Shown here: in pieces, positions 38,081 through 50,562 of the stretch
Position numbering within the stretch: position 1 is the stretch's first letter
How the letters are laid out: each line of letters begins with the position of its first letter
NCBI GenBank assembly: GCA_011375345.1
Contig: DRLM01000077.1
Span: forward strand, 1 to 63,988
Direction of reading: 5' to 3'
From: Gammaproteobacteria bacterium
GTDB lineage: Bacteria > Pseudomonadota > Gammaproteobacteria > DRLM01
DNA: 63,988 nucleotides
Translations under genes and position numbers: made by a program
Notes under the pieces: model-generated
Told to the model about the DNA's origin: nothing
The model's database searches: none
The model's input: the letters and a program-made list of their open reading frames with translations, nothing else

Positions 38081-39661
38081 CTATCTTGATTTCGCCGCTT
38101 TTTTCACAGCGGCGAAGGGGCGTATCCAGGGCTTGGTGCCGGCGAAAGCGGCGGGCAGCTTGCGCGCGCCCTGTTCAGCCGCCTCCCGCGACGGGTAACT
38201 GCCATAAACCAAGGCATACAGCGTGCGGCCTTTACGCTTTACGGGGAAGTAGGCGGCTTTGCCCCGCAAACGGTGGTCACGGATCAAGGCCCGGATTTTC
38301 TTTTCGTCACTGGATGCGAGAACCTGCAAAGTAAAGTGCGCGGACGGTTGTCGCGCCAGCCAGGCTTGCCCCTTGAGGGAATCGGCGGGGGGCGGTGCTT
38401 TGTTGGGCGCCACCACCGGCTTGGGAGGCGCTGGCGCGGGCGCGGTGGCAGGCTTTGGTCCGGCCTTTGGCTTGCTCACCGCCGGGGTCGTCGTGGGAAC
38501 GGGCCCGGCTGGTGGCGGGGCCGGCTCCGGCGGGGGCGGGGGCGCGGACGCGCCACCCGGCGCCACTTCCGGCGGTGTGATCTCAGGGGGCGGCGCGGCC
38601 GGCTCAAGCACCGGCTCAGGCTGGGCCGCCGGCACCCGCTGAACCAATGACGCTCCGGGTGGCTTGCCCAGGGGCCGGGGCAGGGTCACGGTGGGACCTG
38701 GCGCAGCGGGCGGCGCCACCGGCGGACTGTTGTCTCCGAACAAGCCGCTCAAGGCGTAGGCCAGCACCGCCAGCACCACCAGGACACCGCCCGCGCCACC
38801 CAGGGTGAGCCAGCGCCGGGAGGGATCCTGAATTGCCGCCAGAATGTGCTGCAGCGGCGCTGCGCCCGGTTTGGCCGTGGCGCTGGGGGGCGCCATGAGG
38901 AAATCGTGAGCCAACTGCTTGATGCGGCCGGGCATTCCCCCCGACTCACGGTGAATCCGGCGGACTTCGGCCGCGTCGAACGGGTCCCCGGCAAAGACTC
39001 CGGCAGCTTCCAGGCGCTGGCGCAGATAGCGCCCGGTGTCCGCCTCCGAAAACGGGGGCACGTCAAAGCTGTGGGCAATGCGGCTTCGAAGCGCGCTCTG
39101 GGAGGGCTCGCTCAAGCGTTCTTCAATACCGGGCTCGGCGAACAACAACACACTCAGCGTATGCGTACCGTCGCCACCACTGTTTTCGGTCAGCTTGTCC
39201 AGCAGCGCCCAAGCTGGGGGCGGCAACAACTGGGCATCGTCCACCAACAGCATGGGGACATGCCCCCCCTGACGCAGCTCCCGCAGACGCTCCGCCAGAA
39301 CCTCGCCCAGGGCCTCATTCGGGTGCTCGGCGGCATCCACGCCGAAACATGCGGCCATGACCTGCAAGGCGGCCGACTCGTCCGCCACAGTCGCACTGTC
39401 CAGGATGCAAAGCTGCCAGGCGCTGTTGGCGTGCTGCGCAAATTGATTCAGCAAAGCGGTTTTGCCCGAGCCGGCCTCGCCCGTGATCAGCAAGACCTGG
39501 CTGTAAGGCGCCAGGTGGTGCATCAGGGCGAGACGCTGTTCGCGGTGGGCATCGGCGAAAAAGTCGTTGTTGGCGCTGGTAAAAGGATCGGACTTCAATC
39601 CCAGTTCGGCGTAACGCGAGGAGGCTTGCGCACCCTGCTGCCCGCTTTGTTCTGTATCCAT
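38081..39661 (-). CDS. AAA ATPase (ExeA-like) / proline-rich linker / SPOR-domain protein (DamX/PA5037-like position)
   Basis: Walker A ITGEAGSGKTALL and Walker B-like MLLVDDAQLL. TM segment WLTLGGAGGVLVVLAVLAYAL. A long P/A-rich linker. C-terminal SPOR-like FTLQVLASSDEKKIRALI...YALVYGSYPSREAAEQGARKL. Confidence 0.8.
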   Translation of the reverse strand: MDTEQSGQQGAQASSRYAELGLKSDPFTSANNDFFADAHREQRLALMHHLAPYSQVLLITGEAGSGKTALLNQFAQHANSAWQLCILDSATVADESAALQVMAACFGVDAAEHPNEALGEVLAERLRELRQGGHVPMLLVDDAQLLPPPAWALLDKLTENSGGDGTHTLSVLLFAEPGIEERLSEPSQSALRSRIAHSFDVPPFSEADTGRYLRQRLEAAGVFAGDPFDAAEVRRIHRESGGMPGRIKQLAHDFLMAPPSATAKPGAAPLQHILAAIQDPSRRWLTLGGAGGVLVVLAVLAYALSGLFGDNSPPVAPPAAPGPTVTLPRPLGKPPGASLVQRVPAAQPEPVLEPAAPPPEITPPEVAPGGASAPPPPPEPAPPPAGPVPTTTPAVSKPKAGPKPATAPAPAPPKPVVAPNKAPPPADSLKGQAWLARQPSAHFTLQVLASSDEKKIRALIRDHRLRGKAAYFPVKRKGRTLYALVYGSYPSREAAEQGARKLPAAFAGTKPWIRPFAAVKKAAKSR

Positions 39662-39683
39662 ACCTGACCCCTCATGTCATCGC

Positions 39684-39944
39684 TTAGCCTTGACCGTCCG
39701 GCCGCGCACCTTCCACGAAAACCACCCGGTAGCCCCGCCTGAGGTAATCATCACGGGCAGCGGCCATAGCACTTTCCGCGTCTTCCCGCAGGGCGTAGTG
39801 GGTTTGGTTGACGCGCCGACCGCCGCCGTCGCTGCCGGATTCACTGATCACGGTCCAGCCGCCCAGTAAGTCCTCCTGCAATAATAACTGAAAATAGCGG
39901 GACGAACGCCGGTCGGCGGCCGGCCGCTGCATGTAGATGCGCAT
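39684..39944 (-). CDS. WGR-domain protein (small, 86 aa)
   Basis: MRIYMQRPAADRRSSRYFQLLLQEDLLGGWTVISESG...EDAESAMAAARDDYLRRGY matches the WGR pattern (RFYxLxLxxDLFGGWxLxREWGR...A......KxxKGY). GGAGGGG Shine-Dalgarno sequence upstream. Confidence 0.7.
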   Translation of the reverse strand: MRIYMQRPAADRRSSRYFQLLLQEDLLGGWTVISESGSDGGGRRVNQTHYALREDAESAMAAARDDYLRRGYRVVFVEGARPDGQG

Positions 39945-39958
39945 GGGGCCCCTCCGCT

Positions 39959-41107
39959 TCAGGTAAGCTGCACGGGATCGAACAAACGATGGTATTCGGC
40001 GATGGCGTAGCGGTCCGTCATGCCGGCGATGTAATCGGCCACGGCGCGGGCGCGGCCGCGGGGACCGAATTCAGCGTCCAGGCGCCGGGCCTGGGCGTTT
40101 TGCTCGGGGGGCAGCAGGCGCGGATCGTCCATGAAGACCTCGAACAGGGCGCCGATCAGCCGTGCCGCCTTGGCGCTCATGCGCCGCACCCGGTAGTGTT
40201 GATACAGCTCCCGCCGCAAGAAACGTTTCAAGGCCAGGTTCTGCGCCGCCATGGCCGCGCTGAAGCCGATCAGGGGAGCGCCGTGGCGGCGCACGGCCTC
40301 GATGTCGGCGGGCCGGATCTCGGCCAGACGGGCGCGGCTGGTTTCCACCAGGTCGGTGACCTGGGCGTTGATGATGCGACGCACAGTTTCGTATACGGCC
40401 CGCCGCCCCGGCAACCTGGGGTGGGCCTGGCGAACGGCCCCATAGTGCTCGCGGAACAAGGCCACCTCCTGCAACTGCTCCACGGTGATGAGCCCGGCGC
40501 GCAAACCATCGTCCACGTCGTGGCTGTTGTAGGCGATTTCGTCGGCCACATTGGTCAGCTGCGCCTCCAGGCCGGGCTGGCGCCGGTCCACAAAGCGCTG
40601 GCCCAGCGCCCCCAGCTCCCGGGCCTTGTCCGGGGCGCAGTGTTTGAGTATCCCTTCGCGGGTCTCGAAGGTGAGATTGAGGCCGCGGAAGGCCGCATAG
40701 CGCTCTTCCAGCTCATCCACCACCCGCAGCGACTGCAGATTGTGCTCGAAGCCGCCGTGGTCCTTCATCCGGGCGTTAAGGGCATCCTGGCCGGCGTGGC
40801 CGAAGGGGGTGTGACCCAGGTCGTGGGCCAGAGCAATGGCTTCGGTAAGATCTTCGTTCAGGCCCAGGGCGCGGGCGGTGGTGCGGCCGATCTGCGCCAC
40901 TTCGATGGAATGGGTGAGGCGGGTGCGAAACATGTCCCCTTCGTGATTGACGAAGACCTGGGTTTTGTATTCCAGCCGGCGGAAGGCGGCCGAGTGGATG
41001 ATGCGGTCGCGGTCGCGCTGGTATTCGCTGCGGTAGGCGGGAGGCGCTTCGGCGTGGCGGCGGCCGCGGGAACGGGCCTCGGTGGCGGCATAGGGCGCCA
41101 GCGCCAC
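39959..41107 (-). CDS. dgt: Deoxyguanosinetriphosphate triphosphohydrolase-like protein (HD domain, type 2 dGTPase)
   Basis: [47 protein letters not shown]....[20 protein letters not shown] is the classic dGTPase HD signature. GTG start. Confidence 0.9.
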   Translation of the reverse strand: MALAPYAATEARSRGRRHAEAPPAYRSEYQRDRDRIIHSAAFRRLEYKTQVFVNHEGDMFRTRLTHSIEVAQIGRTTARALGLNEDLTEAIALAHDLGHTPFGHAGQDALNARMKDHGGFEHNLQSLRVVDELEERYAAFRGLNLTFETREGILKHCAPDKARELGALGQRFVDRRQPGLEAQLTNVADEIAYNSHDVDDGLRAGLITVEQLQEVALFREHYGAVRQAHPRLPGRRAVYETVRRIINAQVTDLVETSRARLAEIRPADIEAVRRHGAPLIGFSAAMAAQNLALKRFLRRELYQHYRVRRMSAKAARLIGALFEVFMDDPRLLPPEQNAQARRLDAEFGPRGRARAVADYIAGMTDRYAIAEYHRLFDPVQLT

Positions 41108-41111
41108 GGCC

Positions 41112-42194
41112 TTAAGCCGCCCGCCCCTGGGCGAGGACGGTGGCGAGCAGGGCCGGATCGTAGTCGTCGCTCACCACGGCCTCGCCGATGGCGCGCAGCA
41201 GCACCAGGCGGATGCGGCCGTCCTGCGCCTTTTTGTCCACCGCCATGAGTTCCAGCATGCGGCCCGGTGCCAGCCCGGCGGGACAGCGCACCGGCAGCCG
41301 AGCCCGGGCCAACAGGGCCTCGATCCGCGCCACGGCGCCGCTGTCCAGCCAGCCCAGGGCCTGGGACAGACGGGCGGCAAGCACCGTGCCCACCGCCACC
41401 GCTTCACCGTGCAGGTAGCGGCCGTAGCCCAGACCGGTTTCTATGGCGTGACCGAAGGTATGGCCCAGGTTCAACAGGGCACGCACGCCGCGTTCCTGCT
41501 CATCGGCCGCCACCAGCTCGGCTTTGTTGCGGCAGGAGCGCTCTATGGCCTCGGCCAGGGCACCGGGCTCGCGCGCCAGCAGGGCGTCCAGGTGGCGCTC
41601 CAGCCAGGCGAAAAAAGCCGCGTCGCGGATGAGGCCGTATTTGATCACTTCGGCCAGGCCGGCGCACAACTCCCGCTCGGGCAGGGTGTGCAGGGTGCCG
41701 GTGTCGATGAGGACGCAGGCGGGCTGGTGAAAGGCGCCGATCATGTTCTTGCCCAGGGGGTGGTTGACACCGGTTTTACCCCCCACTGAGCTGTCCACCT
41801 GGGCCAGCAGGGTGGTGGGAACCTGAATGAAGGGCACGCCACGCTGGTAACAGGCGGCAGCAAAGCCGGCCATGTCCCCCACCACGCCACCGCCCAGGGC
41901 CACGACGGTGGTGCGGCGGTCGCAGCGGGTCTCCAGCAACGCATCGAAAACCGGCATGAGGGTATCCAGGGTTTTGTATTGCTCGCCGTCGGGCAGAACC
42001 ACCTCGTGGCATGCGAAACCGCCGAGGGCGGCGCGGACCGGCGCCAGATACAGGGGTCCGACGGTCTCGTTGGTGACGATCATCACCTGGCGGGCGGCCA
42101 CATGGGGGGCCAGCCGGCGGGGCTCGCCCAGCAGGCCGGCGCCGATGTAAATGGGGTAGCTGCGCGCCCCCAAATCCACAGTCAACGTTTTCAT
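41112..42194 (-). CDS. aroB: 3-dehydroquinate synthase
   Basis: [93 protein letters not shown]. Start moved to ATG 42194 (360 aa). Confidence 0.95.
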   Translation of the reverse strand: MKTLTVDLGARSYPIYIGAGLLGEPRRLAPHVAARQVMIVTNETVGPLYLAPVRAALGGFACHEVVLPDGEQYKTLDTLMPVFDALLETRCDRRTTVVALGGGVVGDMAGFAAACYQRGVPFIQVPTTLLAQVDSSVGGKTGVNHPLGKNMIGAFHQPACVLIDTGTLHTLPERELCAGLAEVIKYGLIRDAAFFAWLERHLDALLAREPGALAEAIERSCRNKAELVAADEQERGVRALLNLGHTFGHAIETGLGYGRYLHGEAVAVGTVLAARLSQALGWLDSGAVARIEALLARARLPVRCPAGLAPGRMLELMAVDKKAQDGRIRLVLLRAIGEAVVSDDYDPALLATVLAQGRAA

Positions 42195-42223
42195 GGGCTT
42201 AGTGTAACCGAAGTGACGGCCTG

Positions 42224-42772
42224 TCAAGGACCGTCCCGGCGCTGGCGGCGTTCGGCCCGTTTCTGCAGCCGCCGCAGGATGTCGCGCACCACCTGGCGCA
42301 CGCTGCGCCGGCCGCTTTCTATCACCCATTCGGCGGCGTCCCGGTACAAGGGCTCGCGCTCGGCCAGGATGGCCTGCAAGCGGGCGCGGGGGTCGTCGGT
42401 CTGGAGCAGGGGGCGGTTGCGGTCCCGGGCGGTGCGCTCATACAACTGGTCCAGGGAGGCGCTCAGAAAAATCACAATACCGCGGGACTTGAGATGGGCG
42501 CGGTTGGCCGGATCCAACACCGCGCCGCCGCCGGTGGCCAGCACGATGCGCTCGCGCCGGGTGAGTTCGTCGATCACCTGCGCCTCGCGCTGGCGGAAAC
42601 CGGCCTCGCCCTCCACGTCGAAGATCAGCGGAATGCTGGCGCCGGTGCGGCGCTCGATTTCCTGATCGCTGTCCAGAAATGCCCAGCCCAGCTCCCGGGC
42701 GAGCTGGCGGCCGATAGTGGATTTGCCCGCCCCCATGGGACCGATGAGGAAGATGTTGTCGCCGGGGGTCAT
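42224..42772 (-). CDS. aroK: Shikimate kinase
   Basis: [58 protein letters not shown]. Start at ATG 42772. Has a basic C-terminal tail. Confidence 0.93.
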   Translation of the reverse strand: MTPGDNIFLIGPMGAGKSTIGRQLARELGWAFLDSDQEIERRTGASIPLIFDVEGEAGFRQREAQVIDELTRRERIVLATGGGAVLDPANRAHLKSRGIVIFLSASLDQLYERTARDRNRPLLQTDDPRARLQAILAEREPLYRDAAEWVIESGRRSVRQVVRDILRRLQKRAERRQRRDGP

Positions 42773-42872
42773 GGGCGACACTATGTCAATGGCTGGCGGC
42801 AAGTGCAAGGGAGCACCCGGCAGTGCCCGGGTGGGCGCCGCCGGGTGCAGGGACAGGCCTGGGGTCGCCGGG

Positions 42873-45173
42873 TCAGTTGACGAGCGTGTTCATGCCACCG
42901 CTGTTATTGCCGCTGTTGTTGTCATCTTCGGTGGCCGCGATGCTGCCGGTCACCGCCATGGTGCCGGCGGCAATGGGATTGAAGGTCACGGTGACGGTAG
43001 TACTGGCACCGGCCGCCAGGGTACCAATGGCGCAGGTCAGAGAGGTGGTGCCGAAACAGCCGCTGGAGCTGTTGTAGGTGGCCACCGTGGAATCGGGCGG
43101 CGTGACGGTCAACACCACCCCGGTGGCGGCGGTGTCGCTGCTTTGGTTGGCCACAGTAAAGGTGTACGTCACCAAATCACCGGTTCCCGTCCCGTCGTTG
43201 GTAACGGACCCGCTGGGAGAGGCCGACACCGATGTGACCGCCATGTCCACTGACGGCGGCCCGAGTTCAACCACGCTGACACCGAAGGTTTGCGCCGATC
43301 CGCCGGGGGTGGTCACGGTCACGGAGAAAATCCCGCCCTCTTCACTGTCGGGCCCCGCCCCCTCCAGCGGCACGGTCACCACATCGGCGTTGTTGCCGGC
43401 GCGATTGGCCACGGTGTATGTGCCGAATCCCTGGGCGACGCTGCCCTGGGTGGTGCTGAATGCGAAAGTCGTGCCCGCCGGCATGGGCTGATTGTGCAAA
43501 TCGGACACCACCACAGTGATGCTCACGCTGCCATCATTGGGCATCAGTATGGACTCGCCCTCATCGTAGCGGCCGTCGCCATCGCCGTCGCGATACGTGG
43601 CGGGGTCGACCACATCCCCGCTGTCAAAAATACCGTTGCCGTTGTTGTCTGTGTAACTGGCGGGGCGGATGAAGGCATTGGCGGTGGTGCCGGACATCAC
43701 CAGCGTCAGGGAATCGCGCACCGTCAGGGTGGTCTTGCTGCTGCACAAACTGGAATGCTGGCACAGCACCCCGTTGTACAGGCCGTCGGCGGCGTCATAG
43801 CCGCCGTCTTCATCGAAATCCACGAAGATCTCCTGAGCATCACGCGTGCCGTCCTCGTCGTCGTCGCGCCAGGCTTCGGGCAGGTCGGTGAAGGTGTCGC
43901 CGTCGTCGAACACGCCGTTGCCGTTGCGGTCATCGAAGCTTTCCTCGCCCACCATGGTGGCCAGGATGGTGACCCGGCCGCCGTAGGGCTGGCCCAGGGG
44001 TGCGGTGCCTTCCTGGGGCTCGGTGGGATTGCTCCCCGTGTCCGCCAGACATTGGTTCAACGCAACATCATCCTGCAGCGTCGGATTACCCAGGGTTTCG
44101 CCGCAGGGCCGGGGAGACTGACTGCGCCAGGTAACACTGCAGGCACCATTCACCGTGGTGCAGGAACCATCAATGGAGCCGCCTTCGGCGGTGAAGGTGA
44201 CGGTGGTGCCGTCGGGCACCGGATTGTTGTAGCGGTCCGCGGCGCGGGCGGTAACGGTGACTTCCACCCCGTCTGCATCCCAGGCTTCGGGGTTCAAGGT
44301 GGTGGCGGAGACGGACAGGCTGTCCTGATCCGGAATGCCGGTGGTCACGGCGAGCTGGTCCGACTGGGTGCCGATTTCCGGCGTGGTGCCGCTGACGGTG
44401 GCGGTGACCCGCACCGGGGTGGGCACAGTGCCGGCCTGGACCACTGTCTGCACCAGGCCGCTGTCGTCGCTGACGGCGCTGGAGGGCGTCAGGGACAGGC
44501 CGCCCACCGTGGTGTTGAGGCTGAAGGTAACCGTCTTGTCCGCCACCGGACCGCCGCTTTTGTCCACCACCCGGAAAGTGACCCGGGAGGTCTCGCTGCC
44601 GTTGGCACCGCCGGTGCCCTTCAAAAACATCAGGGTGGGTTCGGCGGAGACGAACTGGATGGATCCTAAGTCCGCCGAGGCCACGGTGACCGTGCCGGAG
44701 GCGCTCACACCGGTGCCGTCGATGTCGGCGGTGGCAATGATGGTGTCCGTGCCCTGGCAGCCCTGGGCGGAATAGGTGGCGGTGGCCTGGCCGGCCACGG
44801 TGGGGACGGTGGCCGGGGTGAGGGTGGCGCGGCCGCTGGCGGCGCAGGTGGAGGTAAAGGCCACGTCCACGCTGGGCACATAGGGATTGCCGCTGGCGTC
44901 GGCCAGCACAGCGGTGACGCTGGTGCTGCCACCGGCAGCCAGGGAAGTGACGGCCACGGCCAGCACATTGGCGGTAAAGCCAGAACCGGTGCCGCTGCCC
45001 ATCAGCACCGAATCGGGGTCGGCCACGGTGCCACCATTGGTCGTCGAGCCGGTGCCACTGGTATCGCCCGTGGTGGTGGTGGTTTGCTTGGTCAGCGACT
45101 GATCACCCCCGCCGCACGCCACCAGCGTAAGCGTCAAAAGGGCGAGCACTAAACCTTGTCTGATGCGGACCAT
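42873..45173 (-). CDS. Large lipoprotein with invasin/intimin-type Ig-like (Big_1) repeats, Asp-rich Ca-binding-like loops and a DUF11-like C-terminal repeat
   Basis: Lipobox LTLVAC. At least three Big_1-like units ([23 protein letters not shown]; [22 protein letters not shown]; [28 protein letters not shown]). D-x-D/N-x-D loops ([37 protein letters not shown]). C-terminal [25 protein letters not shown]. Confidence 0.8.
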   Translation of the reverse strand: MVRIRQGLVLALLTLTLVACGGGDQSLTKQTTTTTGDTSGTGSTTNGGTVADPDSVLMGSGTGSGFTANVLAVAVTSLAAGGSTSVTAVLADASGNPYVPSVDVAFTSTCAASGRATLTPATVPTVAGQATATYSAQGCQGTDTIIATADIDGTGVSASGTVTVASADLGSIQFVSAEPTLMFLKGTGGANGSETSRVTFRVVDKSGGPVADKTVTFSLNTTVGGLSLTPSSAVSDDSGLVQTVVQAGTVPTPVRVTATVSGTTPEIGTQSDQLAVTTGIPDQDSLSVSATTLNPEAWDADGVEVTVTARAADRYNNPVPDGTTVTFTAEGGSIDGSCTTVNGACSVTWRSQSPRPCGETLGNPTLQDDVALNQCLADTGSNPTEPQEGTAPLGQPYGGRVTILATMVGEESFDDRNGNGVFDDGDTFTDLPEAWRDDDEDGTRDAQEIFVDFDEDGGYDAADGLYNGVLCQHSSLCSSKTTLTVRDSLTLVMSGTTANAFIRPASYTDNNGNGIFDSGDVVDPATYRDGDGDGRYDEGESILMPNDGSVSITVVVSDLHNQPMPAGTTFAFSTTQGSVAQGFGTYTVANRAGNNADVVTVPLEGAGPDSEEGGIFSVTVTTPGGSAQTFGVSVVELGPPSVDMAVTSVSASPSGSVTNDGTGTGDLVTYTFTVANQSSDTAATGVVLTVTPPDSTVATYNSSSGCFGTTSLTCAIGTLAAGASTTVTVTFNPIAAGTMAVTGSIAATEDDNNSGNNSGGMNTLVN

Positions 45174-45267
45174 GTGTACCTCCGGCGGACAGCGGCGGGG
45201 TTGGCGCCTGCCCCGCCAAACTTTAAGTCTTGCGTTTAAAGCTTATCGGTCGCTGGGGCGGGCGCGT

Positions 45268-47436
45268 TTAACGCAGTCCCAGGCTTTCCTTCAATATCTT
45301 TGGCGTAACGAAGATGAGCAGTTCCACTTTGTCATCCACATTGCGGGTGGTGCGGAACAGCGCACCGAGAAAAGGCAGATCACCCAGGAGGGGCACTTTG
45401 TCCACCTCGTTGCTGCGGGTCTGCTCATAGATGCCGCCCAGCACCACGGTTTCCCCGTTCTCCACCAGCACTTCGGTGTCGATCTCGCGGGTGTTGATAC
45501 TGGGCACGCCCAGGAACACTTCGCCGACGCTGTCTTTGCTCACCCGCAAATCCATGATCACCCGGTCATCGGGGGTGATCTGCGGCGTCACCTTCAAAGA
45601 CAACACCGCTTTTTTGAAGGCGATGGCGGTGGCACCGCTGGACGTGGCCTGCTGGTAGGGAATCTCCACCCCCTGTTCGATCAAGGCCTCTTTCTGATTG
45701 GCCGTGATCACCCTGGGATTGGAGATGACCTCGCCCCGGCCTTCGGCCTGCAGGGCGGACAATTCCAGATCCACCAGATAGTCCTGACCCAATATGGCCA
45801 GCCCCAGGGCCCCGGCCGGCGAGGCCACGGGCAGGTTGACGCTGAGCCGGTCATTGAGGGACGGCGCGCTGACGGGGAACTGCTGGCCGGTGCTTTGCAG
45901 ATTGGTGAGGGCATTGTTGACGATGCCGTCATTGCCTTGGGCGGAGCCGGTCAGACCGACGATGCCGCTGCTGCCGTTTTCCTTGATCACCGTGCCACCA
46001 AAGCGCACCCCCAGCTCACGGGTGAAGTCGTCGTTGGCAATGACCACGCGCGATTCGATCAATACCTGGCGCACGGGTTTGTCCAAGGTGGCCACCACTT
46101 TGCGGATTTCGTCCAGGTTGGAGGCGGTATCCCGCAACAGCAGGGTATTGGTGCGCTCATCCACCGTCGCGGTGCCCCGCTCTGAGAGCAAAGACGAATC
46201 CTTCGATTGCAGCAGGTCAGCCAGATCCTGGGCCTTGGCGTAATTCACCTGAATGATTTCAGAGCGCAAGGGTTCCAACTCGACAATTTTCTTGCGCGAC
46301 TCCAGCTCTTGCTGTTCGCGGGCAGCAATTTCTTCCGCCGGCGCTACCAGCATGATGTTGTCGTGACGGCGCATGCCCAGGCCTTTGGTCCGCAAAATGA
46401 TATCCAGGGCCTGGTCCCAGGGCACGTCTTTCAAACGCAGACTCATGGAACCGCTCACTGTGTCACTGACCACCATGTTGAGGCCGGTGAAATCCGCGAT
46501 CACCTGCAAGGCGGCGCGCACGGGGATGTCCTGAAAAGTCAGCGACAGCTTGTCGCCGGTGAAATCTTTCTTGGCCTCCTCAGCGGCGCGCAATTCCTCT
46601 TCGCTGATGGGTTTGAGTTCAATGGTGAACTGGCGGTCCGTCTGATAGGCCAGGTGCTCGAAAGGCGGCGTGGCGCTGATCACCATACGCACGTCATTCC
46701 CCCGGGCAAAGGTATCCACCTGGGTTACGGGCGTGGCGAAATCCACCACGTCCAGGCGGCGCTCCAGTTCCTCCGGCACCGAGGTGCCGGCGAATTCGAC
46801 GATGACCTTGTCCCCCTCTTCCCGGATGTTCACCGGTGTCGCCGGATCAGAAAGGGTGGTGATAATCCGGCCCTCGCCTTGTTCGCCACGGCGAAAATCC
46901 ACGCCTTCCAGACGGAAGGGCTGCACCGCCACCGTGGACCCCGCCGGGGGCGGGGCGGCACCGGCGGAAGCGGCGGTGTCACTTTCGACGGTGATGATGA
47001 AGCGGTTGTCATTGATCCGCGTCTGGAAAGGGACCATGCGCACCAGATTCACAACCACCCGGGTCCGCCCCTTGCCCTGCACGGCGGTGATGCTGCGCAC
47101 CGCGCCGATGCCGATGGTCTCCGTTTTTTTCTTAAGGGCGCTGGTGGTGGCGGGAAAATCCAGTGCGACGCGGGCGGGATTGTCGGTGGTAAAACTGCGG
47201 GGAGGCTGCACCGGCCCGTCCAGGGTCAGCTCCACCTGCACCCGGTTCCCCGGCAGGGAGGAATAGCCGATGCTGAGCAATTGCGCAGCGGCAGGCGCGG
47301 CTTCCTTGGCCGCCACGGTCACAGCCGGCAGACAAAGCAACAGCAGATGCAAAGCCGCGGCCCATGGCGGACGCGGGCGCGACCGGACACGGCTGCCCGC
47401 GGTGTGTTGATACCTCGTCTCCACTCGTGCGCTCAT
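45268..47436 (-). CDS. pilQ: Type IV pilus secretin PilQ
   Basis: Signal peptide, two AMIN-like N-terminal repeats, and a secretin domain (VLIESRVVIA..., GVPLLGDLPFLGALFR). It follows pilP. Confidence 0.93.
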   Translation of the reverse strand: MSARVETRYQHTAGSRVRSRPRPPWAAALHLLLLCLPAVTVAAKEAAPAAAQLLSIGYSSLPGNRVQVELTLDGPVQPPRSFTTDNPARVALDFPATTSALKKKTETIGIGAVRSITAVQGKGRTRVVVNLVRMVPFQTRINDNRFIITVESDTAASAGAAPPPAGSTVAVQPFRLEGVDFRRGEQGEGRIITTLSDPATPVNIREEGDKVIVEFAGTSVPEELERRLDVVDFATPVTQVDTFARGNDVRMVISATPPFEHLAYQTDRQFTIELKPISEEELRAAEEAKKDFTGDKLSLTFQDIPVRAALQVIADFTGLNMVVSDTVSGSMSLRLKDVPWDQALDIILRTKGLGMRRHDNIMLVAPAEEIAAREQQELESRKKIVELEPLRSEIIQVNYAKAQDLADLLQSKDSSLLSERGTATVDERTNTLLLRDTASNLDEIRKVVATLDKPVRQVLIESRVVIANDDFTRELGVRFGGTVIKENGSSGIVGLTGSAQGNDGIVNNALTNLQSTGQQFPVSAPSLNDRLSVNLPVASPAGALGLAILGQDYLVDLELSALQAEGRGEVISNPRVITANQKEALIEQGVEIPYQQATSSGATAIAFKKAVLSLKVTPQITPDDRVIMDLRVSKDSVGEVFLGVPSINTREIDTEVLVENGETVVLGGIYEQTRSNEVDKVPLLGDLPFLGALFRTTRNVDDKVELLIFVTPKILKESLGLR

Positions 47437-47457
47437 GGGTTCCAGCCCTCTTTTGGA

Positions 47458-48000
47458 TCACTCAGCCAGGGCCAGCTTGGTGCGGCGCTCTTGCCAGCCT
47501 CCCAAGCCGTCCGGCACGATTTCCGTCAAATCAACTCTGTCTTCGTTGACGCTCAGTATTCGTCCGTGATTCTGTCCCAGGTAGTTGCCCTGGGTGACCC
47601 GGTACACCAAACCGTCAGGTGCCAGCACAATGGCCCAGCGCCGGCCCTCCCGCTCCAGCGTGCCCACCATTTTCAGCGTGTCCAGGGCAAAGGCCTCCAG
47701 GGGCTCTTTGCGGCGGTCTAAATCCGGGCGCACCGTGGAGCTGGTTTTTTTCTCGGTGGTGGTCTTGGTCACCCCGGTCACCCAGGGCTCAAAGGGGGAC
47801 TTGCGCCCCAAGGTGTGGTAGGCGAAGGTCTCAAAAGGGGCCACCTCGGGGATGGGTTCGATCCGCCCGCCTTTTTTGGCTTTCACCGCGGCAACGTATT
47901 GCCGCAGGTCGTCCAGCTTGTCCCCGCTGCAGGCGGCGAGCAGCAGCCCCAGGCCCACCACCCCCAGGACCTGCCGCCACCCCTTGCGATAACACCTCAT
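47458..48000 (-). CDS. pilP: Type IV pilus assembly lipoprotein PilP
   Basis: Lipobox LLLAAC. PilP pattern ...PFETFAY....RKSPFEP... and C-terminal LVYRVTQGNYLGQNHGRILSV. Position within pilMNOPQ. Confidence 0.85.
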   Translation of the reverse strand: MRCYRKGWRQVLGVVGLGLLLAACSGDKLDDLRQYVAAVKAKKGGRIEPIPEVAPFETFAYHTLGRKSPFEPWVTGVTKTTTEKKTSSTVRPDLDRRKEPLEAFALDTLKMVGTLEREGRRWAIVLAPDGLVYRVTQGNYLGQNHGRILSVNEDRVDLTEIVPDGLGGWQERRTKLALAE

Positions 48001-48607
48001 TATTCCGCCCCTTCCTCAAGATAGCGGTAGGTCTTGGCGGTGGCTTCCATGACCAGTTGCCCGCCGGGGTTTTTGGCATGTTCGATCTTGATGTCATGCA
48101 AGGTCACGATACGCGGCAGGACGGCCACACCGCTGACGAAATTGCCAAACTGATGGTAGTCACCGGTCACTTTGATCTTGATGGGCAGTTCGGCGTAAAA
48201 CTCCGCCGGCGCTTCTTTTTCCGGTTTGAACAGCTGAAACTCCAGGCCATTGGCCAGGCCGGTCTGGGAAATGTCCACCAGCAGCTCGGCGATCTCCGTC
48301 TTGGAGGGAAGCTGGCGCAGCATGGCGCCGAAGGATTCGCGCATTTCTTCCATCTGCCGTTGATAAACGCCCAGGTTGGCCGCTTTGTGCTGTTTTTTCT
48401 CAAAGTCTTTTTTCAGTTTTTCCTCTTCATCACGGGCGCTTTGCAACAAGTCCAGCTGGTTGCTGGTGTCCAGGTAAAAGCCCAGACCCAGCACCGCCGC
48501 ACACAAGACCACGATGGCGATGCCTTTGGCGACAATGGGCCAGCCGCCGACATCGCTGAAGTCCAGATTGCTGAGCTGCTGCCGGAGTTCGTCGATATTG
48601 ACGGCCA

Positions 48608-48608
<1 letters not shown>
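48000..48608 (-). CDS. pilO: Type IV pilus assembly protein PilO
   Basis: N-terminal TM followed by a coiled coil, then EIAELLVDISQTGLANGLEFQLFKP..E....FYAELPIKIKVTGDYHQFGNFVSGVA.LPRIVTL. Stop and start of the neighbouring genes are coupled. Confidence 0.85.
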
Positions 48609-50355
<1,747 letters not shown>

Positions 50356-50562
50356 TTATCGGAACCTTTATACTAAACCTTAGTTCCTAGTGTGTTGTCT
50401 CCTGCTGCATGGACCCTGTCGCTGTCGCGCTCACCGGCCCAGGCAAGAGGCCGGAGCCGCAACGTCGCACTGCCGCGAAAAGCGGGCGGCCGGGTGACCG
50501 ACGGGGCTATTTAATACGAGACGGCATACTTATCCCTTGATGCGGTTCACAATCCCCACATT

